Positions 31,881-47,113 of a stretch of DNA of 64,000 nt are shown here, piece by piece; the first letter of the stretch is position 1; each line of letters begins with the position of its first letter. A program made the position numbers and the translations under genes. The stretch is from assembly GCA_038324085.1 (NCBI GenBank), contig JBBQHP010000004.1, positions 69,231 to 133,230 of the forward strand, given 5' to 3'. Source of the stretch: Burkholderiales bacterium. Its GTDB lineage: Bacteria; Pseudomonadota; Gammaproteobacteria; Burkholderiales; Ga0077523. Under the pieces are notes generated by a model that saw only the letters and a program-made list of their open reading frames with translations, did not search any database and was not told the origin of the DNA.

Positions 31881-34036
31881 GAACTACCCTAATGGCAGCC
31901 TCGCGCTGCCTGACCGCGGCCGCGACGATCCTGACGCTGATGTGCTCGATGCAGGGCGCCCAGGCCGCCAAGGGCGACGACGAGACCGGCCAGAACGCCA
32001 TCACGAACATCGATGTCACGTCTGCGCCGGGCGGCAAGGTGATCGTCAAGATCACGACCCGCGAGGCGCTGTCGAATCCGCCGGTAGGGTTCTCCGTCAA
32101 CAACCCGCCGCGCGTGGCGTTCGATTTTCCGGGTACGAGCAACGGTCTGGGCAAGTCGAGCCAGGAAGTCGGCAACACCGAACTGCGTTCCATCCGCCTG
32201 GGTCAGTCCGGTGGCCGCACGCGAGTCGTGCTCAATCTCGTGCGTCCGATCAAGTACGACACCCAGATCGACGGCAACAACGTGGTCGTCACGCTCCAGT
32301 CCGCAGCGGACCTCGCCGCCGGGCCGCCCTCGGGGGACGCCGCGAACTTCGCGGCCGACAAGGGCAATGCTCCCCATTCGCTGCTGAACATCGATTTCCG
32401 TCGCGGCAAGAGCGGCGAGGGACAGGTGATCGTCGATCTGTCGGATAGCACCACGGGCATCGACCTGCGCCGGCAGGGAAAATCGGTGATCATCGATTTC
32501 ATCCAGACCGAGATCCCCGCGAACCTGCAGCGGCGGCTCGATGTGGTCGACTTCGCGACGCCCGTGGACGCAGTCGAAGCCACCAGGCAGGGCGGCAATG
32601 CCCGCATCGTGATTTCGCCGCACGGCAACTGGGAGCATTCCGCCTACCAGACCGACAACCGCTTCATCGTCGAGGTCAAGCAGGTGGCGGAAGACCCGAA
32701 CAAGATCGGTGCCGCCTCGGGCCGTGGCTATACCGGCGACAAGTTGTCGCTCAATTTCCAGAACATCGAAGTGCGTGCGGTACTGCAGGTCATCGCGGAC
32801 TTCACCGGGCTCAACATCATCACCAGCGACACCGTCGCCGGCAATCTCACCTTGCGTCTGAAGGACGTTCCGTGGGATCAGGCCCTCGACATCATCCTGC
32901 AGTCCAAGGGTCTGGACATGCGCAAGAACGGAAATGTCGTGTGGATCGCCCCGCGTGACGAACTGGCCACGAAGGAGAAGCTGCAACTGGAAGCCCAGCA
33001 GCAGATCCAGGAGCTCGAGCCCACGCGGACCGAGAGTTTTCAGTTGAACTACCAGCGGGCCGATGCCCTCCAGAAGCTGCTGTCGGATCCGGCGCAACGC
33101 GTGCTCTCGAAGCGCGGCAGCGCAGTGGTCGATCCGAGGACCAACACGCTGTTCGTGCAGGACACGCCCACCAAGCTCGAGGAGATCGCGGCGCTGATCA
33201 AGCGGATCGACGTAGCCGTCAAGCAGGTGCTGATCGAGGCGCGCATCGTCGAGGCATCGGATACCTTCGGTCGTGCCATCGGTGCACGCCTGGGGCTGCT
33301 CGATATTTCGCCGCAGGGACAGAACGGCGTCAGCCTCGGCGGCAATACCCGGGCGACGCTCGGCGGCAATGTCCGAAGCGTCGGCGTCCAGACTCTGCAG
33401 GCCCAGGACTACGCCCAGTCGTTCTTCCCGGATTCGTTGAGCGTGAACTTGCCCGCGCCGTCGCTCGGAGGCGGTCTGACCCCCGGCGCCTTCACCCTCT
33501 CGCTGTTCAATTCGAACCAGACCAAGTTCCTCAACATGGAGATCTCGGCGCTGCAACTCGACGCGCGCGGCAAGATCATCTCCAGCCCGCGAGTGATCAC
33601 GGCCGACAACGTCGAAGCCAATATCGAGCAGGGCACGGAAATCCCGTATCAGATTGCCACCCCTTCGGGTGCCACCAGCATCAGCTTCCGCAAGGCCACG
33701 TTGTCGCTCAAGGTGAAGCCGCAGATCACGCCCGACGACAACATCATCATGAAGCTCGATGTACACAAGGACAGCGTGGGTGCGCAAACCACTGCCGGTC
33801 CATCGATCGACACCAAGCAGGTCACGACCGAAGTGCTGGTCGAGAATGGCGGCTCGGTGGGGATCGGCGGCATCTATACGCAGGACGAATCCACGACGCT
33901 GAACAAGATTCCACTCTTGGGTGACATTCCGATCGTGGGCTTCCTGTTCCGCAACGAGCGTCGATTCAACGATCGCCGCGAACTGCTGGTGTTCGTCACC
34001 CCGCGCATCCTCAAGGACAATCTCACGCTGCGCTGA
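31877..34036 (+). CDS. pilQ: Type IV pilus secretin PilQ
   Basis: This 719-aa protein has a signal peptide, AMIN-like N-terminal repeats, and a C-terminal secretin domain ([35 protein letters not shown]). Confidence 0.95.
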   Translation: MRTTLMAASRCLTAAATILTLMCSMQGAQAAKGDDETGQNAITNIDVTSAPGGKVIVKITTREALSNPPVGFSVNNPPRVAFDFPGTSNGLGKSSQEVGNTELRSIRLGQSGGRTRVVLNLVRPIKYDTQIDGNNVVVTLQSAADLAAGPPSGDAANFAADKGNAPHSLLNIDFRRGKSGEGQVIVDLSDSTTGIDLRRQGKSVIIDFIQTEIPANLQRRLDVVDFATPVDAVEATRQGGNARIVISPHGNWEHSAYQTDNRFIVEVKQVAEDPNKIGAASGRGYTGDKLSLNFQNIEVRAVLQVIADFTGLNIITSDTVAGNLTLRLKDVPWDQALDIILQSKGLDMRKNGNVVWIAPRDELATKEKLQLEAQQQIQELEPTRTESFQLNYQRADALQKLLSDPAQRVLSKRGSAVVDPRTNTLFVQDTPTKLEEIAALIKRIDVAVKQVLIEARIVEASDTFGRAIGARLGLLDISPQGQNGVSLGGNTRATLGGNVRSVGVQTLQAQDYAQSFFPDSLSVNLPAPSLGGGLTPGAFTLSLFNSNQTKFLNMEISALQLDARGKIISSPRVITADNVEANIEQGTEIPYQIATPSGATSISFRKATLSLKVKPQITPDDNIIMKLDVHKDSVGAQTTAGPSIDTKQVTTEVLVENGGSVGIGGIYTQDESTTLNKIPLLGDIPIVGFLFRNERRFNDRRELLVFVTPRILKDNLTLR

Positions 34037-34060
34037 AACAGCGCTTCCCGCTGGTCCCGG

Positions 34061-34096
34061 GGCCCCGCGAGCGAACAGCCGCGGGGCCTTTGCCTT
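34061..34096 (+). terminator. Rho-independent-type hairpin between pilQ and aroK
   Basis: ggccccgcg (34061-34069) pairs perfectly with cgcggggcc (34080-34088) across a 10-nt loop, followed by tttgcctt. Confidence 0.6.
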
Positions 34097-34127
34097 GTGG
34101 TCTTGGCCGATGCACTACAATCGCGCC

Positions 34128-34727
34128 ATGCACGGGTCGGAACATCTCGAAGCGCAATGCACGACCGATACGGCGGTCGCATGGCAGCCGCGCGAGAACG
34201 TGTTCCTGGTCGGTCTGATGGGCGCGGGCAAGACCTCCGTGGGCAAGATGCTGGCGAAGCGCCTGGGCAAGATATTCCATGACTCCGACCACGTGATAGA
34301 AGCGCGGACGGGGGTACGGATACCCGTGATCTTCGAGATCGAGGGCGAGGCAGGGTTTCGCGCGCGCGAGACGGCGATCATCGACGAGCTGTCCGGGCTC
34401 GAAAACATCGTGCTCGCGACCGGTGGCGGCGCAGTACTCGATCCGGCCACCCGTGCCGTATTGAGGACTCGCGGCACCGTGGTCTACCTCCGCGCGAGCG
34501 TCGATGAACTGTGGAATCGGACCCGTCACGACCGCAATCGGCCGCTGCTGCAGACGGTGGATCCGCGCGCCCGGCTCGCGCAGTTGCACGACCAGCGCGA
34601 TCCGCTCTACCGCGAAGTCGCGCACATCGTGATCGATACCGGCACCCAGAGCCTGAAATCGCTCATCGGCCGACTCGAAGCGCAGCTTGCCCGACGGGCG
34701 GCCCAGACGGAGCGCCATTCGTCGTGA
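34128..34727 (+). CDS. aroK: Shikimate kinase
   Basis: It has the Walker A motif [15 protein letters not shown] and the sequence ATGGGAVL. The track ORF 33921..34727 was trimmed. The start is the ATG at 34128, or the ATG at 34110. Confidence 0.9.
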   Translation: MHGSEHLEAQCTTDTAVAWQPRENVFLVGLMGAGKTSVGKMLAKRLGKIFHDSDHVIEARTGVRIPVIFEIEGEAGFRARETAIIDELSGLENIVLATGGGAVLDPATRAVLRTRGTVVYLRASVDELWNRTRHDRNRPLLQTVDPRARLAQLHDQRDPLYREVAHIVIDTGTQSLKSLIGRLEAQLARRAAQTERHSS

Positions 34728-35812
34728 TCACGCTGGAAGTCGGGCTCGGCGAGCGCAGCTACCCCATCTACATCGGCGGCGGGCTGATCGAGCGTGGCGA
34801 TCTGATCGCCCGCCACCTCGCGCAGCAGCGGGTTGCCGTGGTGACCAACGAAACCGTGGCGCCGCTGTATCTCGAATCGCTACGGCAATCGCTGGCGCGC
34901 GCCGGCGTCGAGGTGCTCGCAATCGTCCTGCCCGACGGCGAGAGCAGCAAGGTGTGGGAGACCCTCAACCGGGTCTTCGACCGCATGCTCGCCGCCCGCT
35001 GCGAACGCAAGACGACGGTTATAGCCCTGGGCGGCGGGGTGGTTGGAGATCTCGCGGGGTTTGCCGCCGCCACCTATCTCCGGGGAGTGCCGTTCATCCA
35101 GATTCCGACCACCCTGCTCGCGCAGGTCGATTCGTCGGTCGGCGGCAAGACCGCCATCAATCATCCGCTCGGCAAGAACATGATCGGCGCCTTCCACCAG
35201 CCGGTCGCCGTGGTCGCAGACACGGACACGCTGCGGACGCTGCCCGATCGCGAGCTGGCCGCAGGCCTGGCCGAAGTCATCAAGTACGGCATCATCGAGG
35301 ACCTGCCGTTCTTCGAGTGGCTGGAGGCGAACATGGACCGACTGCTGGCGCGCGACCCCGTCGCGCTGGCCTATGCCGTCCAGCGCTCATGCGAGAACAA
35401 GGCGAGGGTGGTCGCCGTCGACGAACGCGAAACCGGGCCGAGGGCGTTGCTGAACCTGGGTCACACCTTCGGCCATGCCATCGAGGCTGGTCTAGGCTTC
35501 GGCGTCTGGCTCCATGGCGAAGCCGTCGCGGCCGGCATGGTGCTCGCGGCGCGCACCTCGCGCGCCCTGGGACACGTCGGGCAGACCGAGGTCGAGCGTA
35601 TCGAACGGCTGATCGCGCGCGCGCGCCTGCCCGTGGAGGCTCCCGATCTCGGCGTCGCGCGCTGGCTCGACCTGATGGGTCACGACAAGAAGGTCGAGGC
35701 CGGATCCACCCGCTTCATCTTGATCCGGCGCCTTGGCGAAGCCTATATCGATGCGGCGGTGCCGCGGACCGTGCTGGAGCAAGTGCTCGCGCCGGACCCT
35801 GTCCATGCCTGA
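34724..35812 (+). CDS. aroB: 3-dehydroquinate synthase
   Basis: The start is the GTG at 34724, overlapping the aroK stop (GTGA). The sequence includes [47 protein letters not shown] and [12 protein letters not shown]. Confidence 0.93.
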   Translation: MITLEVGLGERSYPIYIGGGLIERGDLIARHLAQQRVAVVTNETVAPLYLESLRQSLARAGVEVLAIVLPDGESSKVWETLNRVFDRMLAARCERKTTVIALGGGVVGDLAGFAAATYLRGVPFIQIPTTLLAQVDSSVGGKTAINHPLGKNMIGAFHQPVAVVADTDTLRTLPDRELAAGLAEVIKYGIIEDLPFFEWLEANMDRLLARDPVALAYAVQRSCENKARVVAVDERETGPRALLNLGHTFGHAIEAGLGFGVWLHGEAVAAGMVLAARTSRALGHVGQTEVERIERLIARARLPVEAPDLGVARWLDLMGHDKKVEAGSTRFILIRRLGEAYIDAAVPRTVLEQVLAPDPVHA

Positions 35813-36926
35813 ACTGGCGGCCTACGCCGCCAGGCCCGAGACGTCGCGGGGGCGCCGGATGCCCGAGCCGCCGCCGGAAGGCCGCAGCGAGTATCAGCGC
35901 GATCGCGATCGGATCGTCCATTCCGCGGCCTTCCGTCGCCTCGAATACAAGACGCAGGTGTTCGTGAATCACGAAGGCGACCTGTTTCGCACCCGCCTCA
36001 CCCATTCGATCGAGGTGGCGCAGATCGCACGCTCGATCGCGCGCAATCTGGGTCTGAACGAGGACCTGACCGAAGCGATCTCGCTCGCCCATGACCTCGG
36101 CCACACGCCCTTCGGGCACGCCGGCCAGGACGCGCTCAACGAGTGCATGCGCGTGCACGGCGGCTTCGAACACAATCTGCAGTCGCTGCGCGTGGTCGAT
36201 CACCTGGAAAGCCGCTATGGCGCCTTCGACGGCCTCAATCTCACCTTCGAGACGCGGGAGGGAATCCTCAAGCATTGTTCGCCGAAGAACGCCGTGGCGC
36301 TGGGTGAGATCGGGCAGCGCTTCCTCAGGCACCAGCAGCCGGGCCTGGAGGCGCAGCTCGCCAATCTGGCGGACGAGATCGCCTACAACAACCACGACGT
36401 CGACGACGGCATCCGCTCCGGACTCATGAGTGTCGAGGAACTCTCCCGGGTCGGCCTGTTCGCTCGCCACATGGCCCTGGTACGTGCCGAATTTCCGCAG
36501 TTGCAGGACCGGCGCGCGGTCCACGAAACAGTGCGCCGGATGATCAACACGCTGGTGAGCGATCTCACCCGCGAGAGCCGGGCGAAGATCGAGGAGCGCC
36601 GGCCCGACGGAATCGAGGCGGTGCGCGAATCGCCGCCCCTGGTCGGATTCAGTCCGGCGATCCGGGCCGAGCAGCAGGAGTTGAAGACGTTCCTGCGCGA
36701 CCACATGTACCAGCATTACCGCGTGGCCCGCATGGCTTCCAAGGCGAAACGAATCGTCCGCGAGCTGTTCGAAGCCTTCTCCGCAGAAGCCCGGTTGCTG
36801 CCATCCGAGTTCCAGCGGCGCGGTGAACAAGACCTGCCCAGGGCGATCGCCGATTACATTGCCGGGATGACCGACCGCTATGCCATTCGCGAGCACCGGC
36901 GCCTGTTCGCGATCGAAGAGGGCTGA
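35805..36926 (+). CDS. dgt: dGTP triphosphohydrolase-like HD-domain protein
   Basis: The ATG at 35805 overlaps the 3' end of aroB by 8 nt. The sequence includes [24 protein letters not shown], the HD motif [11 protein letters not shown] and MTDRYA near the C-terminus. Confidence 0.88.
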   Translation: MPELAAYAARPETSRGRRMPEPPPEGRSEYQRDRDRIVHSAAFRRLEYKTQVFVNHEGDLFRTRLTHSIEVAQIARSIARNLGLNEDLTEAISLAHDLGHTPFGHAGQDALNECMRVHGGFEHNLQSLRVVDHLESRYGAFDGLNLTFETREGILKHCSPKNAVALGEIGQRFLRHQQPGLEAQLANLADEIAYNNHDVDDGIRSGLMSVEELSRVGLFARHMALVRAEFPQLQDRRAVHETVRRMINTLVSDLTRESRAKIEERRPDGIEAVRESPPLVGFSPAIRAEQQELKTFLRDHMYQHYRVARMASKAKRIVRELFEAFSAEARLLPSEFQRRGEQDLPRAIADYIAGMTDRYAIREHRRLFAIEEG

Positions 36927-37107
36927 ACGGGCCTGCCGGACCCGCGCGGAGTAGTCTTCCTCATTGAAGCACGGGCGGGCCTCGGGTTAACATTCCACCC
37001 CTTGTCCGTCGAATTCGCACGTCCGCGCCGCTCGCGTGGGACGGCCCGGCCCGAGACCACCGGCGGCGGCAAGGCCGTGTCATCCAGCAACGCAGACGAG
37101 GTTTTCC

Positions 37108-41760
<4,653 letters not shown>

Positions 41761-41842
41761 GGATCCATCCATCGTCCGGGTGCCGGTGCCTCGACTCGGC
41801 GTCCGGAAACGTCACGCACACTGAAACAGAGCAAAAAACCAC

Positions 41843-43324
41843 ATGGGCAAGGTAACGGGATTCATGGAGTACCAGCGTCTGCAGGAGGCCGCCGAGCCTC
41901 GGCAGGAACGCGTCAAGCACTACCGCGAGTTCGTCGGCCATCTCGCCGACGACGAGGCCAAGATCCAGGGCGCGCGCTGCATGGACTGCGGCATCCCCTT
42001 CTGCATGCAGGGCTGTCCGGTCAACAACATCATCCCCGACTGGAACGACCTCGTTTTCCGGCAGAACTGGCGGGAAGCGCTCGCAACGCTGCACTCGACC
42101 AACAACTTTCCCGAATTCACCGGCCGCGTCTGCCCCGCGCCCTGCGAAGCCGCGTGCACCCTCAACATCAACAACGATCCGGTGGGCATCAAGTCGATCG
42201 AGCACGCGATCATCGACAAGGGCTGGGCCAATGGCTGGGTGGTCGCCGAGCCGCCCCGGCACAAGACCGGCAAGCGCGTCGCCGTGGTCGGCTCCGGCCC
42301 GGCGGGTCTCGCCTGCGCCCAACAGCTGGCGCGGGTCGGACACGACGTCGTCCTGTTCGAGAAGAACGATCGGATCGGCGGCCTGCTGCGCTACGGCATC
42401 CCCGATTTCAAGATGGAGAAGCACCACATCGACCTGCGCATGGAACAGATGGCCGCCGAGGGGGTGAAGTTTCGGACCAGCGTCCTGGTCGGCGAACTGA
42501 AACCCGGCGCGCCCGTCACCAGCCTGGCCCGCGAAACCGTCGCGTCGTCGCAATTGCTGGCGGAGTACGATGCCGTGGTCCTGTCGGGGGGTGCCGAGCA
42601 GCCGCGTGACCTGCAGGTGCCCGGCCGGGATCTCGGCGGCATCCACTACGCGATGGATTTCCTCCCGCTGCAGAATCGTGTCGTGGCAGGCGACCGCATC
42701 GAGGGTCAGATCACGGCCGCGGGCAAGCACGTGGTGGTCATCGGCGGCGGCGATACCGGTTCCGATTGCGTCGGCACCTCGAATCGGCAGGGAGCGAAGA
42801 CGGTGAGCCAGTTCGAACTGCTGCCGCAACCGCCGGACGAAGAGAACAAGCCGCTGACCTGGCCTTACTGGCCGCTCAAGCTGCGCACATCGTCTTCGCA
42901 CGAAGAGGGCTGTCAGCGCGACTGGGCCGTCTCGACCAAGGCATTCAAGGGCGAGAACGGGCGCGTCACGACCCTGGTGGCCTGCCGCGTCGAATGGGTG
43001 CGGGACGAAAAGGGACAGATGAAGATGCAGGAAGTCCCCGGCTCCGAATTCGAGATGCCGGCGCAACTCGTGCTGTTCGCCATGGGCTTCGTGTCGCCGG
43101 TTGCAAGCATTCTCGAATCCTTCGGGGTCGACAAGGATGCGCGCGGCAACGCCAGGGCGACGACCGACGGCGCTGGTTGCTACCAGACCAGCGTCGCCAA
43201 GGTCTTTGCCGCAGGTGACATGCGCCGCGGCCAATCGCTGGTGGTGTGGGCGATCCGTGAGGGTCGACAGTGCGCGCGGGCGGTCGACGAATTCCTGATG
43301 GGAACCTCCGAATTGCCGCGCTGA
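41843..43324 (+). CDS. gltD: Glutamate synthase (NADPH) small subunit
   Basis: It has Fe-S cysteine clusters ([18 protein letters not shown]) and two dinucleotide-binding motifs ([24 protein letters not shown]). Confidence 0.95.
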   Translation: MGKVTGFMEYQRLQEAAEPRQERVKHYREFVGHLADDEAKIQGARCMDCGIPFCMQGCPVNNIIPDWNDLVFRQNWREALATLHSTNNFPEFTGRVCPAPCEAACTLNINNDPVGIKSIEHAIIDKGWANGWVVAEPPRHKTGKRVAVVGSGPAGLACAQQLARVGHDVVLFEKNDRIGGLLRYGIPDFKMEKHHIDLRMEQMAAEGVKFRTSVLVGELKPGAPVTSLARETVASSQLLAEYDAVVLSGGAEQPRDLQVPGRDLGGIHYAMDFLPLQNRVVAGDRIEGQITAAGKHVVVIGGGDTGSDCVGTSNRQGAKTVSQFELLPQPPDEENKPLTWPYWPLKLRTSSSHEEGCQRDWAVSTKAFKGENGRVTTLVACRVEWVRDEKGQMKMQEVPGSEFEMPAQLVLFAMGFVSPVASILESFGVDKDARGNARATTDGAGCYQTSVAKVFAAGDMRRGQSLVVWAIREGRQCARAVDEFLMGTSELPR

Positions 43325-43462
43325 CTCGCTGGCGGGTGCCGGCGCGCAGCGCGATCGCGAACAAAGAGCAGTGATGCGCGCGCCGGCCTTCGCTCTTGCG
43401 TGCAATCACCCCGGGTTCCCCGCCATTACCTTCGCCGCTGCGCCAGGCAGCCTGTTGCCTCC

Positions 43463-44524
43463 ATGAGCCGACCCAAGAACGACACCTTCCTGCGGGCGCT
43501 GCGGCGCGAGTCCACGCCCTACACGCCAGTCTGGATCATGCGGCAGGCGGGGCGCTATCTGCCCGAGTACAACGCGACTCGGGCGCGCGCGGGCAGCTTT
43601 CTCGCGCTGTGCAAGAACCCGGACTACGCCACCGAAGTCACGCTCCAGCCGCTGGCCCGGTTTCCCCTGGATGCGGCGATCCTGTTCTCCGACATCCTCA
43701 CGATCCCGGACGCCATGGGGCTCGGGCTCACCTTCGCGGAGGGCGAAGGGCCGCGCTTCGAGCACCCCTTGCGTGACGAGCGGTCGATAGAGAAACTCGC
43801 GGCACCGGACCCCCACGCCGATTTGCGCTACGTGACCGACGCAGTCACGCAGATCCGCAGGGCGCTCGATGATTCGGTGCCGCTGATCGGTTTCTCCGGC
43901 AGCCCGTTCACACTCGCGTGCTACATGATCGAAGGCCAGGGCGGCACCGATTTCGAGCGGGTGAAGACGATGCTCTACGCTCGTCCCGATCTGCTCCATC
44001 GAATACTCGCGGTCAATGCCACGGCAGTCACCGCCTACCTCAACGCCCAGATCGAAAGCGGCGCGCAGGCCGTGATGCTGTTCGACACCTGGGGCGGCGC
44101 GCTGTCCCAGGCGGCTTACCTCGAATTCTCGCTGGCCTACCTGCAGCGCATCGTTGCGGGCCTGGTCCGCGAACGCGACGGCGAGACGGTGCCCGTGATC
44201 GTCTTCACCAAGGGCGGCGGCGTGTGGCTCGAACACATTGCCGCCATCGGCTGCGATGCCGTGGGACTCGACTGGACCGTCGACATCGGGGATGCACGCC
44301 GACGCGTCGGCGAGCGCGTGGCCTTGCAGGGCAATCTCGATCCGTCGGTCCTGTTCGCATCACCGGAGATCATTCGGCGCGAGGCGGGGCGGGTCCTGTC
44401 GTCCTTCGGGGCGGGGCCCGGGCACGTTTTCAACCTCGGTCATGGCATCTCCCGATTCACGCCGCCGGAAAGCGTTGCGGCTCTGGTGGCGGCGGTCCAC
44501 GAGCAATCCCGCACCCAGGGCTGA
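43463..44524 (+). CDS. hemE: Uroporphyrinogen decarboxylase
   Basis: The track ORF was trimmed to the ATG at 43463. The sequence includes [31 protein letters not shown] and the C-terminal NLGHGI. Confidence 0.95.
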   Translation: MSRPKNDTFLRALRRESTPYTPVWIMRQAGRYLPEYNATRARAGSFLALCKNPDYATEVTLQPLARFPLDAAILFSDILTIPDAMGLGLTFAEGEGPRFEHPLRDERSIEKLAAPDPHADLRYVTDAVTQIRRALDDSVPLIGFSGSPFTLACYMIEGQGGTDFERVKTMLYARPDLLHRILAVNATAVTAYLNAQIESGAQAVMLFDTWGGALSQAAYLEFSLAYLQRIVAGLVRERDGETVPVIVFTKGGGVWLEHIAAIGCDAVGLDWTVDIGDARRRVGERVALQGNLDPSVLFASPEIIRREAGRVLSSFGAGPGHVFNLGHGISRFTPPESVAALVAAVHEQSRTQG

Positions 44525-44867
44525 ATTCCGGGCGATTTGCCTCCGCAGGGCGCGCCGTTGGGCGAGTTATGCACAGCGAGCCAGCATTGGCGCGCGATTC
44601 CGGCCGGTCTGCAGCCACATCCCGCCATTACGCACGAAACGTCATGTATTTTATGACTAATTGCTCGTCTCATCCGCAGCGGCCGCGGATAGTGGATGGC
44701 ACAACGGAATGTACTTGACAGGCAGCGGCATGCGTCATCAACAGATTTGTCCACAGGTTCCGGCAGCAGGGGTTTTCCCTTTTGAGTCGGGTCACTCGGG
44801 CACATTGTTCGTAACTGATCGCAGCAACGGCTGGTAACGTCCTGTCCCGCCGTCAGAACGCAGGTAC

Positions 44868-47051
44868 ATGCCTTTCGTCCGCATCGCACTCGACGTACCA
44901 GTCGGCGAATTGTTCGACTACCGCGCACCCGACGCGACCAGTGCCGACGTCGGGCGGCTCGCGATCGTGCCGTTTGGCCGGGGGCGCAGAGTCGGTGTCG
45001 TGCTCGCCGTTACCGATACCACGGCGATCGAGCCGAAGCGCATTCGCGCGATCTCGCGCATCGCGCGCGAGTTGCCGAGGCTGCCCGAGCCCACGCTGGA
45101 ACTGTTCCGCTTCTGCAGCCGCTACTATCACCACCCCCTGGGCGAGATCGTTTTCAATGCGTTGCCCACGGCATTGCGGCGGCCCGACGGCACGGCACTC
45201 GCTCGGCAGACAGTCTTCCGCCTGAGCGAAACGGGCGCAGCGTGTTCCGCGAGCGACCTGCCGCCGCGCGCCCGGACGCAGCGCGACCTGTTTGCGCGGT
45301 TGCACGTCGAGCGTGCGCTCACCATCGAGCACCTGAAAGCGGGCGGACCCGGGATGCGCCGCGCGCTGCGTGCGCTTGTCGAGCGTGGCTGGATCGAGGA
45401 AAGCGATGCGGCCGCTCACGCCACGCCGCCTGCGCGGGCCGCCAGCGCCACGCAAGGTGGCTTGCATCTGAATGCGGAGCAGCGGGCGGCGGTCGACACG
45501 GTGGTCGCATCCCTGGGCGCTTACCGCTGCCATCTGCTGCACGGGGTCACCGGCAGCGGCAAAACCGAGGTTTACCTGCGCATCATCGAAGCCGCGGCGC
45601 TGCACGGCGGACAGACGCTGCTGCTGGTCCCGGAGATCAATCTGACGCCACAGCTCGAAGCCCGCATGGTCGAACGCTTCGGCCCCGAGCGTCTGGTCAC
45701 GCTGCACAGCGGGCTGTCGGAAGGCGAAAGGTTCGCGCGTTGGTTGCAGGCCGCCGAAGGTACCGCGCTCGTGATCGTGGGAACCCGCCTTGCCGTATTC
45801 ACGCCGCTGCCCCGGCTCGCCCTCGTGATCGTCGACGAGGAACACGACGGCTCCTACAAGCAGCAGGATGGATTGCGCTACAGCGCCCGCGACGTGGCCG
45901 TGTTTCTCGGCAAGCAGCGCGGCGTGCCCGTCGTGCTCGGCTCGGCGACGCCGTCGCTGGAGACCTGGCGCCAGGCGGCGAGCGGCCGCTATGACCTGCT
46001 GGGCCTGTCGGGACGCGCGGCGAGTCGGCCGCCGTCGATCCGTACCGTGGAGACCCGGGGTCAGAAGCTGGTCGAAGGCCTGGCCCCGGCCCTGATCGAG
46101 GAACTGCGACAAGGACTTCAACGTGGCGAGCAGAGTCTCGTATTCGTCAACCGTCGAGGATTCGCTCCGACGCTGCTGTGCCATGAGTGCGGCTGGATCG
46201 CGCCCTGTCACCGTTGCAGTGCGAGGCTCACGATCCATGCCGTCGGCCAGCGCTTGCGTTGCCACTACTGCGGTCACGAGGAGTCGCTGCCGCGCGCCTG
46301 TCCCGTGTGCGGCAATCAGGACCTGAGGGCCCTGGGCGCCGGTACTCAGCGGGTGGAGCAGGCGTTGAGTGCCCTGCTGCCGAACGCGCGCATCGCCCGC
46401 ATCGATCGCGATTCCACTCGGCGCAAGCATGCGTTCCGCGAGCTTCGCGAGCGCATCGAAGCGCACGAAGTGGACATCCTGGTCGGTACGCAGATGCTGG
46501 CGAAAGGCCACGATTTTCCCCGCCTTACCCTGGTGGGGATCCTCGGTGCCGACAACGGGTTGCTTGCGGCGGATTTCCGAGCGGAGGAGCGGTTGTTCGC
46601 GCTCCTGCTGCAAGTCGCCGGAAGGGCGGGTCGGTCGGAACTGCCGGGGCAAGCCCTGGTACAGACGGAGTTCCCCGGACATCCGCTGTTTCGGGCGCTG
46701 ATCGAGCAGGATTTCGAAGGCTTCGCCCGTCAGCAGCTCGAACTGCGGCAAGCCACCGGCTTCCCGCCCTTCGAGCATCAGGCGCTGCTGCGTGCCGAAG
46801 CTGCTTCGGAGCAACGCGTCTTCGAGTACCTCGGCAGCGCAGCGCAGTGCGCGCAGCCGCATCTCGCCGGGGTGACGCTCTACGATCCGGTGCCTGCGCT
46901 GATGCCGCGTGTGGCGGGGAAATGGCGCGGCCAACTGCTCGTCCAGAGCGAGTCGCGCAATGCCCTCCATACGTTCCTCGACGCGTGGCTGCCGCAGATC
47001 GCGTCGAACCGCGTGCGCCATTCCATCGACGTCGATCCCCTCGATTTCTGA
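44868..47051 (+). CDS. priA: Primosomal replication-restart helicase PriA
   Basis: The N-terminus is MPFVRIALDVPVGELFDY. It has Walker A GVTGSGKTEVY, the DEEH box (VDEEHD) and a Cys-rich zinc insertion (CHECGW..CHRCS..CHYCG..CPVCG). Confidence 0.95.
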   Translation: MPFVRIALDVPVGELFDYRAPDATSADVGRLAIVPFGRGRRVGVVLAVTDTTAIEPKRIRAISRIARELPRLPEPTLELFRFCSRYYHHPLGEIVFNALPTALRRPDGTALARQTVFRLSETGAACSASDLPPRARTQRDLFARLHVERALTIEHLKAGGPGMRRALRALVERGWIEESDAAAHATPPARAASATQGGLHLNAEQRAAVDTVVASLGAYRCHLLHGVTGSGKTEVYLRIIEAAALHGGQTLLLVPEINLTPQLEARMVERFGPERLVTLHSGLSEGERFARWLQAAEGTALVIVGTRLAVFTPLPRLALVIVDEEHDGSYKQQDGLRYSARDVAVFLGKQRGVPVVLGSATPSLETWRQAASGRYDLLGLSGRAASRPPSIRTVETRGQKLVEGLAPALIEELRQGLQRGEQSLVFVNRRGFAPTLLCHECGWIAPCHRCSARLTIHAVGQRLRCHYCGHEESLPRACPVCGNQDLRALGAGTQRVEQALSALLPNARIARIDRDSTRRKHAFRELRERIEAHEVDILVGTQMLAKGHDFPRLTLVGILGADNGLLAADFRAEERLFALLLQVAGRAGRSELPGQALVQTEFPGHPLFRALIEQDFEGFARQQLELRQATGFPPFEHQALLRAEAASEQRVFEYLGSAAQCAQPHLAGVTLYDPVPALMPRVAGKWRGQLLVQSESRNALHTFLDAWLPQIASNRVRHSIDVDPLDF

Positions 47052-47076
47052 GCGTCTCCACGCAGGGGCCGGGGTC

Positions 47077-47082
47077 TATAAT
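47077..47082 (+). promoter_or_regulatory. Possible -10 element upstream of argS
   Basis: A perfect TATAAT lies 31 nt upstream of the argS ATG in otherwise GC-rich DNA. No convincing -35 element sits at 17-18 nt spacing. Confidence 0.3.
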
Positions 47083-47113
47083 CCGCGGATTTTCCGAGCC
47101 CGCCCGCCCTTTC

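Noticed and set aside
35805-36926. The dGTPase-like gene as a possible anti-phage dNTP-depletion defence gene.
   Set aside because: It overlaps aroB by 8 nt inside the conserved pilQ-aroK-aroB-...-gltBD backbone and has native codon usage. No other defence or mobile genes flank it. It is most simply the housekeeping Dgt-like paralogue.
44690-44760. A sigma-54-like TGGCAC (44697) and DnaA-box-like 9-mers (tagtggatg, ttgtccaca) upstream of priA.
   Set aside because: The TGGCAC is not followed by TTGC at the required spacing. The DnaA-like boxes each carry mismatches and there are only two of them. This is not enough to call a site, so I kept the region only as a generic long-intergenic observation.
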